64,000 nt of DNA from Octopus vulgaris (lineage: Eukaryota): positions 23,684,001-23,748,000 of the forward strand of contig OX597835.1 in NCBI GenBank assembly GCA_951406725.2. The letters run 5' to 3'. Below, piece by piece: positions 28,025 through 38,999 of the stretch. The notes beneath the pieces are model-generated. The model was not told where the DNA came from. It searched no databases and saw only the letters and a program-made list of their open reading frames with translations. Position numbers and translations under genes: made by a program. How positions within the stretch are numbered: position 1 is the stretch's first letter; each line of letters begins with the position of its first letter.

Positions 28025-28378
28025 AGAAACGTTAGCACGCCGGGCAAAATGCATAGCGGTTTTTCATCTGTTTTTATCTTCTGAGGTTGACTTTGCCTTT
28101 CATCTTTTTGGGATCAATAAATTAAGTACCAGTTATGTACTGGGGTCAATCTAATCACCCCCCCCCCATTTTGAGCCTTGTGCCTAGAGTAGTAAAGATA
28201 TATATTTTTAAAATCTATTTCGTTTTCATCCATCCAGTTTGTGTCATAAGGCCAAACATCACTGAAAGTTTCATCCGAATCCATCCAGTGGTTCTTGAAA
28301 TATCTTGTCCATGGACAAACAAACACTAAGGTGGATGTAATAAAGGATTATTATAGTGGCATAGCATTACGTTTAATT

Positions 28379-28423
<45 letters not shown>

Positions 28424-28525
28424 ATAAATAAGGATAATATCGATATTTAAATATTGATATTATCAAGTGGCCAGCAAAGGGAAAAATATCATACAAAGGT
28501 AATAATTTTTTACAACTAAAAATAA

Positions 28526-28570
28526 GGGTGTCTGAGAGACACCACTATGCCGAAATAGCAGTCAAAACCC
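28526..28570 (+). ncRNA. Degenerate minimal hammerhead-like motif in a (TA)n-embedded element
   Basis: GGGTGT-CTGA.GA-GACA-ccacta-TGCC-GAAA-tagca-GTC-aAAACCC. One core base is missing and stem II has one mismatch. Confidence 0.4.
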
Positions 28571-28607
28571 TGACTCTAAAAACCACGTTAAATGTTCATA
28601 TCGTACC

Positions 28608-28649
<42 letters not shown>

Positions 28650-29234
28650 CACACACACATATGTACATGAACACCTGATGTACTTCATGTCGTCTATAAT
28701 ATAGAATATATATAGTCTAACTGTTGCTGTTTAGCCCCAGGTCAGCTTTGATGTACCAGACCTATGATCAAAGGCTTTCCAGTCACGACTATTACATCTT
28801 CCATTCAGACATAACATATCTAAGAATACACTGTCCAACATGTTATTCCTTTATTAGGACAGCGAGATATTACTTCAGAAAGATTTTCTCTTATTTCTGA
28901 TAAGTTGAGCAACCATGTATAGGCTATCTTGTTGCTGAGTGGCCTCTTGCCAATCCATTCCCTATCTCAGGTCATTCTATAGGTCAACTGTGATTTCAGA
29001 AACCTTTTAAATATAAAATGTATTACTACCCAGAATTGATAGAACATCTCCAGTCATATATAGTTTTTTTTTGTGTTTTTTTAATCAGTTACTTATATTC
29101 ACTGCCCTACTTCTCTTAGTGACTTTTGAACCCTTGTACTCCACTTAGTCACTCTCATACTCTACTCAATTGCTGTGATAATCCGCTTAATCACTGTCAT
29201 ATTCCACTCAACCTCTGTTATACTCAATCACTTC

Positions 29235-29570
29235 CCTACTCCACTCAGTCACTGCCATACTCCACTTAGTCACTGCCATACTCCACTCAGCCACTGCCAT
29301 ACTCCACTCAGCCACTGCCATACTCTAGTCAGCCACTGCCATACTCCACTCAGCCACTGCCATACTCCACTCAGCCACTGCCATACTCCACTCAGCCACT
29401 GCCATTCTCCACTCAGCCACTACCATACTCCACTCAGCCACTGCCATACTCCACTCAGCCAATGCCATACTCCACTCAGCCAATGCCATACTCCACTCAG
29501 CCAATGCCATACTCCACTCAGCCAATGCCATACTCCACTCAGCCAATGCCATACGCCACTCAGCCATTGT
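29235..29570. repeat. 21-bp minisatellite (ccactgccatactccactcag)n, ~16 copies
   Basis: Direct tandem units that produce the spurious (HCHTPLS)n ORF. Confidence 0.95.
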
Positions 29571-30414
29571 CAAACTCGATCCCTCACATTTTTCTCACTT
29601 ACTCCTATTTATTTCTTTTGTTCAACTTTTTGCTTTTTGCTAAGTAGGCACAAGCATGGCTGTATGATTAAGAATCTTGCTTTGTAACCATGTGGTTTTG
29701 GGTTCTGTCTCACTGCATAGTACCTCGGGCAGATGTCTTCTACTGTAGCCCTAGGCCTACCAATGCTTTTTGAGTTTGATTTGGTTAATGCAAACAGTAG
29801 AGGGCCTCACTGATAATTCTCTAATTGGTCCCAGTATTTCCTAGCACTGGCCTTGAGTATAAAATCGTATGACTTAGACAAGAGTAAATATGGTAATTAA
29901 TTCAGTTTGCCAACACAAGCTCCAGTTCTTCCTTGAGAATTTTCAGAACGATTGGCGGAAAACAGTCACTGATTTACACTACATTACACTGATAGTCATC
30001 TTATCAGTATCAGGGCCACTGATGTCTGTGGTTAGCCACCTGAACAAAACCCAGTTTTGGTTCATGTAATCCTTGTATATTTCACATAAATTAACATAAA
30101 TCTATAACATTCAAGTCCATTGAGCTCTTATGGTTTTGTAGCATAACATTAACCATGTGTGTGTGTGTATGCCACCATCATCATAATTTTTAATGTCCAC
30201 TTATCAATGCTTGTATGGGTGAGATAGTTTATTGAAGCAAGTTTTCTATGGTTGGATGCCCTTCTTGTTGTCACCCTTCACCTGTTTCCAAGCAAGGTAA
30301 TATTTTTCCATGGTCAGGCATGGTTTTGCACAAGCTTCTATGAGAGTGACAATCAGTACTCACTCACTCATTCACGAATGAATGAACGTGCACACATACA
30401 CACACGCATGCGCA

Positions 30415-30449
<35 letters not shown>

Positions 30450-31009
30450 ACAATTGTTTTTTTCTAATTACTGTCTACGAAATTCACTCTCAAGACTTTG
30501 GTTGGCCTGGAGCTATAGTAGAAGGTACTTGCCCAAGGTACCTCACAAACAGATGGATTGTGTGGCACTTAGAGGAAGTACCTTTTATTATAACCCTGGT
30601 CTAACACAAAGCCTTGTGAGTGGATTTGGTAAACAGAAATTGAAAGAAGTCCATCGTGTGTGTGTGTGTCTGATATTTGTGTGTCCTTGTTGTAAATGAG
30701 TGCAACTGTCATATAAGGAGTGTCCTTCATTTCTAATATACTGCAAAAATATGTCGGGCTGTGGGGAAACATTGCTTTCTTGGGAAACCGGCAAGGATTT
30801 GCAACAGAGTGGGCATCCAGTCGTGGAAACCTTGATAAACTTTGACCCATGCAAGTATGGAAAAGGAAATGTTAAAATGGTGAGGGTTGACACATACACA
30901 CAATATATATATATATATATAGTGTTATTTTGGTAGTTTATTTGCTTTATTTGTCAAGTTACAACAAAGGCAGCCTGGAATTCAAACTAAAAGCCATCAT
31001 GTTACACGC

Positions 31010-31235
31010 TCCCAATGCTTCATCAACCAAGAAGAGATGGAATCTTCAGTGAAGAAGTTCTTCACCTTGAAAAACAAGAACTGTTATCAGCTTGGGATAA
31101 AAAAACTAGCAGAATGGTGGCTTCAGACAGTGCAACACGATGGCCTCTACTTTCAAGGCTAGGCTGATTTTGTTGTGATTATATGAATAAATAAATTAAG
31201 TTACCAAAATATTGCAAAATGTTTGACATTTAGTA
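31010..31235 (+). mobile_element. Mariner 3' fragment
   Basis: FINQEEMESSVKKFF...YQLGIKKLAEWWLQTVQHDGLYF is a mariner transposase C-terminus. Confidence 0.7.
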
Positions 31236-31240
31236 CTATA

Positions 31241-31632
31241 GGCGCAGGAGTGGCTGTGTGGTAAGTAGCTTGTTTACCAACCAAATTGTTCCAGGTTCAG
31301 TCCCACTGCGTGGCACCTTGGGTAGGTGTCTTCTACTATAGCCTCAGGCCGACCAAAGCCTTGTGAGTGGATTTGGTAGACGGAAAACTGAAAGAAGCCC
31401 GTCGTATATATGTAATGCGTGTGTGTGTTTGTGCGTCTGTGTTTGTCCCCCTAGCATTGCTTGACAACCGATGTTGGTGTGTTTATGTCCCTGTTACTTA
31501 GCGGTTCGGCAAAAGAGACCGATAGAATAAGTACTGGGCTTACAAAAGAATAAGTCCCGAGGTCGAGATGCTCGATTAAAGGCGGTGCTCCAGCATGGCC
31601 GCAGTCAAATGACTGAAACAAGTAAAAGAGTA
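31241..31632 (+). mobile_element. Full-length tRNA/CORE-type SINE (family A reference copy)
   Basis: Head ggcgcaggagtggctgtgtggtaag with B box ggttcagtccc, CORE-like gcaccttgggtaggtgtcttctac, a central (TG)n, and a (GTAAAAGA)n tail. Confidence 0.9.
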
Positions 31633-31962
31633 ATATATATTACTGGCTTTCTGCAGTTTCTGTAACAAGGCAGCATTGGGTCTACATTGGGGAAGACACA
31701 AACTACTGTGCAGTGGAAATGAACCTGAAACTATATAGTTGTGAAGCAAATTTCTTAACCGCATATACATATTTGTGTTTATATAATACAAATAGGGAAA
31801 GGAGGAAAAGACCCAATGTTCCATTAGGTAGCCACTGTTAAAGAAGCTCATTATATTTCTCACGACAACTGTCTTTCTCAATACTCTGCAACTTCACACT
31901 GCAAGTATAGAACAGTTGTAATCTTAGAAGTTATCTTGTGTAACCCCTAGGGGTACACATAG

Positions 31963-32193
31963 CTATTTCTTTACTACCTACAAGGGGCTAAACACAGGGG
32001 GGGACAAACAAGGACAGACAAACGGATTAAGTCGATTATATCGACCCCAGTGCGTAACAGGTATTTAATTTATCGACCCCGAAAGGATGAAAGGCAAAGT
32101 CGACCTCGGTGGAATTAGATCACAGAACGTAGCGGCAGACGAAATACCGCTAAGCATTTCACCCGGCGTGCTAACGTTTTTGCCAGCTCGCCG
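31963..32193 (-). mobile_element. SINE family B
   Basis: Full reverse-complement copy; flanking repeat gtacacata. Confidence 0.9.
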
Positions 32194-33889
32194 TACACAT
32201 ACCCTTGTTTGAGAACCCCCTTTCCAGACTATAAAGAGCCCTGACATTGTTTAATGCTCTTTTGTCCAGTTATGGTCAAATCTGAGAATGTTAAACTTTA
32301 AATAGTCTTCCAAACAAAATGACTGTGTTTGTGTGCATCTGTCTGTCTTTTTTTCCCCTTGTCCCCAAATGAACTTTCAGAGCTGAAACTGTTGCCTTTC
32401 ACTGTAAGTTGACACCAGTCATGAGAAAACATTCTAATAATCATTTTAACTTAACCTTTAAAAAATGTCAAATGTGAAACCGTGGCTATATAAAGTTAGG
32501 CTGACTCTGTCTAGATTTAAAATTGAAACTTCATGTTCTTTACATTTATTCTTTTACTGGTCTCAGTTACTGGATCGTGGCCATGCTGGGGCACCACATT
32601 CATACCAAATTCCAGTTCTTATTTCAGCCTGTTATTTATTTCATTGAGCTCTGTTTATAGAAACACTGTTGTGTTTTGACATCAACATACAGAGATGCCC
32701 ACTCTATTGCCAACTTGTCTGTTTCCCAAAAAAGTAACATTTCCCCATGGCCCGACATATTTTTGCAGTATATTAGAAATGAAGGACACTGCTTATATGA
32801 CAGTTGCACTCATATGACAGTTGCACTCATATAACAGTTGCACTCATATGACAGTTGCACTCAAGGACACACAAATATCATATACATACACAATGGGCTT
32901 CTTTCAATTTCTGTTTACCAAATCCACTCACAAGGCTTTGGGTTAGACCAGGGTTATAATAACCTCTTTGCAACCACATGGTTTTGAGTTCAGTCCCACT
33001 GTGTGGCACCTTGGGCAAATATCTTCTACTGTAGCACCAGACAAACCAATCTCTTGTGAGTGAATTTGGTAGACAGAAACCGTGTAGAAGTCCATCATAC
33101 ATATGCACGTCTGTCTGTCGGTCTGTTCCACCCCTCCCCCCTCGCCATACTAATGCACATACACACACTGACAAAATCACACACACTCCTCACTCTACAC
33201 AGTAGTTTGATTCTGCGTATCACCATGCGAATCAAAATCGTTTAAATAGAGGGAGATATGATTTAATGATATTCTTGATGATAAGAATAATAACAACAAC
33301 AAAATGAAATTGAAATAATTTGTTAAAATGGGGATAAAAATACAATTATTGTGTGCATGTAAGTATTATAATCATCGTTTAACGTCCTCCTATCATGCTA
33401 GTATGGGTTAGACAATTTGATGGGAGCCAGCCACGTAGTAGACCACACCATGCTTCTGAGTGTGTTTTGGCAGGGCTTTTTATGACTGGATGCCCTTCCT
33501 AACACTAACCACTCCGTAGAGTGGGCTGCGTGCTTTTTACATGGCACCAGCACAAGCAAGGTCAGTTTTGGCAAGGTTTTTACAGCTGGATGCCCTTCCA
33601 AATGTCAACCACTTTACAGTGTGGTCTGGGTGCTTTTTAAGTTGCACCTGCACTGGTGGAGATCACCAAGTGACTTTACAAGACAAAGAGTTTTTGAGAG
33701 GGGAGGGGGCATTGGAGGAGGTGATCTTGTGTCAGATGATGAAAGGTTAGAGTGTGACAGAGAAGCAGAGTTAGATGTCTTGCTGCAGAGGAGGTACATG
33801 GTTACCAAGCCAGAGAGAGGGGAGGAGAAAGAGGAGAGAAACAGTGAGAGTTAACAAGTATGAGGGCAGCAGAAATATATATATATAAA

Positions 33890-34082
33890 GGCGGTGAGCT
33901 GGCAGAAATGTTAGCACGCCGGGCGAAATGCGTAGCTGTATTTCGTCTGCTGTTACTTTCCGAGTTCAAATTCCACCAAGGTCGACTTTGCCTTTCATCC
34001 TTTCGGGGTCGATATAATCGACTTAATCCATTTGTCTGTCCTTGTTTGTCCCCTCTGTGTTTAGCCCCTTGTGGGTAGTAAA
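33890..34082 (+). mobile_element. SINE family B with internal deletion
   Basis: Deletion between two internal ggggtcgat repeats. Confidence 0.85.
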
Positions 34083-34497
34083 TATATATATATATATATA
34101 TATAAATATAATGTGTGTAAGTATATATGTATATATGTTTGTGTGTGTGTATATTTTATAAACAAATTTTGAAAGTGTTGAATGGTTGAATGTGGTTGAT
34201 ATTTTACAGATAAGAAAATAAATTTCGAATGCAGTAAAGTTATAAGAAAGATTCTCTGCTGTTCTTACAGCTTTACTGTATTTGAAATTTAATTTCTTGT
34301 CTGTAAAATATCACGTCTTTTTGTTGTCTGTTAATTTTATTATCCATTTATCTGAATTGACTGTATATTATATATACATATAGTGTTTGCTTTTCCGTGA
34401 AGGTAGGATCAATAGAGAAGTACTCCATCTGGTGTACTGTGTATGTTAAACACTATATATATATATGTATATTCAGTAACAAATTAGAAGTAGCACT

Positions 34498-34857
34498 GTG
34501 GAAGCATTCCGTCGGTTACGACGACGAGGATTCCGGTTGATCCGATCAACGGAACAGCCTGCTCGTGAAATTAACGTGTAAGTGGCTGAGCACTCCACAG
34601 ACACGTGTACCCTTAACATAGTTCTCGGGGATATTCAGCATGACACAGAGAGTGACAAGGTCGGCCCTTTGAAATACAGATACAACAGAAACAGGAAGTA
34701 AGAGTGAGAGAAAGTTGTGGTGAAAGAGTGCCAGAGCCTTGTGGAGCTTTAGGTGTTTTCGCTCAATAAACATTCGCAACGCCCGGTCTGGGAATCGAAA
34801 CCGCGATCCTACGACCGTGAGTCCGCTGCCCTAACCACTGGGCCATTGCGCCTCCAC
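34498..34857 (-). mobile_element. Young tRNA-derived SINE (family C2 head with family C tail)
   Basis: Minus strand gtggaggcgcaatggcccagtggttagggc...gtttcgattccc. 12-bp TSD agaagtagcact (34486-34497 / 34858-34869). Confidence 0.92.
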
Positions 34858-34973
34858 AGAAGTAGCACTAGTGTTGTAAACATTATCGACTGCACATACT
34901 CAATGTTTGTGTTTTGTTTGTTCACTGATTTGCTGCGGTAAAGCGCCCAAAGGATGACCCCTCGATTACATTG

Positions 34974-35204
34974 GGCAGAAACGTTAGCACGCCGGGCGAA
35001 ATGCTTTGTGGTATTTCACCCGCCGCTGCGTTCTGAGTTCAAATTCTGCCGAGGTCGACTTTGCCTTTCATCCTTTCGGAGTCGATAAATAAAGTACCAG
35101 TTTCGCACTGGGGTCAATGTAATTGACTTAATCCGTTTGTCTGTCCTTGTCTGTCCTTGTTTGTCCCCCTCTATGTTTAGCCCCTTGTGGGCAGTAAAGA
35201 AATA
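34974..35204 (+). mobile_element. SINE family B
   Basis: Family consensus; TSD tacattggg. Confidence 0.9.
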
Positions 35205-35469
35205 CATTGGGTGTTAAAACACCTGAAAGTCATAGACAGTTGAAATATCAATATCCATCCCTCAAGAGAGATGAATATTGATATTTCATCATTTTTGTGA
35301 CTTATGAACATCAGATGACTCGAACCATGACTCGAACCAGGGATGAACTGAATCATCAGTCAGTGACTACATTGTAAATGGTTTTTACACTATTTATATA
35401 TAGTCATTGATTAGCAATTCAATTATATATTTACATACATGTGTGTGTGAGTGTGTGTGCTGATTTTTT

Positions 35470-36287
35470 GAAAGTGGATGGAACATTGAGAAGTGGGAGA
35501 CCCAGGAAGATATGGGATGAATTGAAGAACAACCTCAGCACACTGAACCTTTCAGGCAAGTAAGATCGATCCTTCTGGTGTTGTACCACTCAACTGTGCC
35601 TGTGCAGTACCACATAAAAGTGCGTATGTGGTACTACATAAAGTGCCCATGCAGTGCCACGTAAAAGCGCCCATGTGACGCCATGTAAAAAGCTCCATGT
35701 AAAAGTGCCCATGTGGCACCATGTAAAAGCATTCATGTGGCACCATGTAAAAGCGCCCATGCGACCCCATGTAAAAATTCCCATGTGACACCCATGTAAA
35801 AACGGCTCATGTGGCACCACGTAAAAGCACTTGTGTGATGCCATGTAAAAAGTGTCTGTGTGGTGCCATGTAAAATGCGCCTGTGCAGTGCCACATAGAA
35901 ACATCCAACACACTCTGTAAAGTGGTTGGCATTAAGAAGGTGGCGAGCTGGCAGAAACGTTAGCACGTTGGGCGAAATTTCGTCTGTCGTTATGTTCTGA
36001 GTTCAAATTCCGCTGAGGTCGACTTTGCCTTTCATCCTTTTGGAGTTGATTAAATAAGTACCAGTTACGCACTGGGGTCGATGTAATCCACTTAATCCGT
36101 TTGTCTGTCCTTGTTTGTCCCCTCTGTGTTTAGCCCCTTGTGGGTAGTAGAGAAATAGGTTGGCATTAGGAAGGGCATCCTGCCATAGAAACCATGCCAA
36201 ATCAGACTGGAATCTGGTGCAGCTCCTCAGCTCTGGTCAACCCATCCAACCCATTCCAGCATGGACGTTAAATGATGATGATGATGA
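35470..36287 (+). mobile_element. Old RTE LINE 3' end with expanded ~21-bp array (35600-35900) and a nested SINE B (35939-36158)
   Basis: KVDGTLRSGRPRKIWDELKNNL is an RTE C-terminus. Contains (gtggcaccatgtaaaagcgcccat)-like units. The SINE is flanked by the duplication ggttggcatta(a/g)gaag. Ends in a (GAT)n tail. Confidence 0.85.
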
Positions 36288-36450
36288 TATAAATATATAT
36301 ATATATAAGAATGGAGGATTATACATCTTCAAAATTTGTTTATTACAGTATTGTTCTCGTTAAATTTAATGAGTAGAATACTGTATTCTATACCCTGCTG
36401 TATGAAATCTAACGAAGTGAACTCGGGATTTACCTGTCAAGTGGAGTATT

Positions 36451-36839
36451 ACTCTCTTTTACTCTTTACTTGTTTCAGTCATTTGACTGTGGCCATGCTG
36501 GAGCACCGCCTTTAGTCGAGCAAATCAACCCCGGGACTTATTCTTTGTAAGCCCAGTACTTATTCTATCGGTCTCTTTTGCCGAACTGCTAAGTGACGGG
36601 GATGTAAACACACCAGCATCGGTTGTCAAGCAATGCTAGGGGGACAAACACAGACACACATACATATACATATATACGACAGGCTTCTTTCAGTTTCTGT
36701 CTACCAAATCCACTTACAAGGCATTGGTCGGCCCAGGGCTATAGTAGAAGACACTTGCCCAAGATACCACGCAGTGGGACTGAACCCGGAACCATGTGGT
36801 TGGTTAGCAAGCTACTTACCACACAGCCACTCCTGTGCC
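36451..36839 (-). mobile_element. SINE family A, full length
   Basis: Reverse complement of 31241-31632. Confidence 0.9.
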
Positions 36840-37328
36840 TATTGTGTAATTGTTTATCATAAACAATTCTGTATGTTCCTTATTTGATGTGGTTAGCCAG
36901 ATCTGGATTATATCAGAGTGTTAATAAGGTATCTACCTGGATTCCAAATTCCTATTTCTTTATGTTATATGTGTGTGTGGGGTGGTGGTGGCATGTGGCC
37001 TAGTGGGGGGTATTGGACTCCTGATTGAAAGATTGTGGTTTCGATTCCTGGACTGGGCAGTGCATTGTGTTCTTGAGCAAAACACTTCATTTCATGTTGC
37101 TCCAATCCACTCACCTGCCCAGGTGGGGAATATATATGTCAGGAAACCAGCCCTTGTGAATCTGTATGACTTGAAGGTAACTTTACCTCTGTGTGTGTGT
37201 GTGTGTGTATTTTGTCACTTTGTCTTATAACTTAGCAGTTAGAAAGCAGTCACCTTATTATAGTATAAGAATCGTATGATTCAATACATTATTACATTTG
37301 ACGGATATTTGTCCTCTTGTTTGTTGTT

Positions 37329-37370
37329 AACACAACATTTCGGCTGATATACCCTCCAGCCTTCTTCAGG
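37329..37370 (-). ncRNA. Minimal type-I hammerhead ribozyme (left arm; 5' strand of stem I deleted)
   Basis: CTGAAGA-A-GGCTG-gagggtatat-CAGCC-GAAA-TG-TT-GTGTT. Confidence 0.7.
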
Positions 37371-37424
37371 AAATTTCGAACCTGGGTTCTCATTCCCAAG
37401 GTATTTTTTGATATTATTATTATT

Positions 37425-38077
37425 GACGAGGTGGTGAAGCACGACCTTCGAACTTTAGGTCTCACCGAGGAAATGACTAGAGACTGAGACCTATGGAAGT
37501 ATGCTGTGCGTGAGAAGACCCAGCAGGACAAGTGAGACCATAACCCATGGCCTCTACCTGGGATGTAGCCAGTCCACTTATGCATACCTTTCCTTCTTGG
37601 AACACAAAACTCTACTTGTGAAGACCTGTTGAGGCAAGTGAGAATCAGAATCGAAATTGATCAACATCAATGGAAATTACAGCTGTGATACCAGTGCCGG
37701 TGGCACGTAAGCGAACCATCCGAACGTGGCTGTTGCCAGTGCCGCCCCGACGAGCCTCTGTGCCGTGGCACATAAAAAGCACCATCCGATCATGGCCATT
37801 GCAAGCCTCGCCTGGCCCCCGTGCCGGTGGCATGTAAAAAGCACCATCCGACCATGGCTGTTTGCCAGCCACGTCTGGCACCTGTGCCGGTGACACGTAA
37901 AAAGCACCCACTACACTCACGGAGTGGTTTGCATTAGGAAGGGCATCCAGCCGTAGAAACATTGCCAGATCAGACTGGGCCTGGTGCAGCCTTCTAGTTT
38001 CCCAGACCCCAGTTGAACTGTCCAACCCATGCTAGCATGGAAAGCGAACGCTAAATGATGATGATGATGATGATGAT
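37425..38077 (+). mobile_element. 5'-truncated RTE LINE (ORF C-terminus plus 3' UTR)
   Basis: DEVVKHDLRTLGLTEEMTRD*DLWKYAVREKTQQDK*, then a UTR with four ggcacgtaaaaagcacc-type units and a (GAT)n tail. Confidence 0.9.
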
Positions 38078-38270
38078 CTTATTATTGGTCAGGTCACTGC
38101 TTGGAATCGAACTTGGAATCTTGGGGTTAGTAGTTAGTGCTCTTAACCATGACTAACCCCAAGAGTCTGAGTTTGATTCCAGGCAGTGACCTGAATAATA
38201 ATAATAATGATAATAATAACAACATTAAAAAATTCCTTAGGAATGAGAACTCAGGTCGAAATTTTCCCAA

Positions 38271-38316
38271 GAGACCTGATGAAGGCTGGTGAGTATATCA
38301 GCTGAAACGTTGTGTT
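38271..38316 (+). ncRNA. Minimal type-I hammerhead ribozyme (right arm)
   Basis: GAGAC-CTGATGA-A-GGCTG-gtgagtatat-CAGCT-GAAA-CG-TT-GTGTT. Core intact, with palindromic AACGTT stem III. Confidence 0.8.
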
Positions 38317-38573
38317 AACAACAAACAAGATGAGGACAAATGTAAATAATATACGTAATTCCTCATTTCTTAAATATAGAACCACATTATTCAGTCTTTA
38401 GAGTCTTCAAATTAGCTAATCATTTTGCTGTTCTTAGTATAAAGTTTTATTTGGTCTTTTCTCCAAGAGTTAACTTGGTTCATCAATATCAATATATGTT
38501 TAACATCAGTTCTTGTGCAGTTTTTTTAAAAACTTGATCAATTGTCACCATGTAATTTGATATTTGGCAGAAA

Positions 38574-38799
38574 TACTCTTTTCTCTTTTACTCATTTACT
38601 TGTTTCAGTCATGTGACTGTGGCTATGCTGGAGCACTGCCTTTAGTCGATCAAATCGACCCCAGGACTTATTCTTTGTAAGCCTAGTACTTATTTTATCA
38701 GTCTCTTTTTTGCCAAACCGCTAAGTTACGGGGACGTAAACACACCAGCATCGGTTGTCAAGCAATGCTAGGGGGACAAACACAGACACACAAACACGC

Positions 38800-38837
<38 letters not shown>

Positions 38838-38999
38838 GACAGGCTTCTTTAAGTTTCCGTCTACCAAATCCACTCACAAGGCTTTGGTCGGCCTGAGGCT
38901 ATAGTAGAAGACACTTACCCAAGGTGCCACGCAGTGGGACTGAACCTGGAACCATGTGGTTTGTAAGCAAGTTACTTACCACACAGCCACCCCTACGCC
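38574..38999 (-). mobile_element. SINE family A, full length
   Basis: Reverse complement of 31241-31632. Confidence 0.9.

Larger units (their letters stand above)
37294..38383. mobile_element. Inverted (head-to-head) dimer of a tRNA-headed, hammerhead-containing non-autonomous element, with an RTE inserted in its left arm
   Basis: Arms mirror each other about 38151/38152. Minus-strand A box tggttaagagc (38149-38139) and B box gttcgattcc (38112-38103). Hammerhead in each arm. 8-bp TSD acattatt (37286-37293 / 38384-38391). Confidence 0.8.

Noticed and set aside
29175-29687. 170-aa His/Cys-rich ORF (HCHTPLS)n as a metal-binding protein or Fads exon
   Set aside because: It is a 21-bp minisatellite without convincing splice sites, and Fads exons 1 and 2 join seamlessly without it.
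35600-35900. CRISPR-like repeat-spacer appearance of RTE UTR arrays (also 37690-37910)
   Set aside because: Eukaryotic context, no cas genes, spacers are homologous to each other, and the arrays sit inside a LINE 3' UTR.
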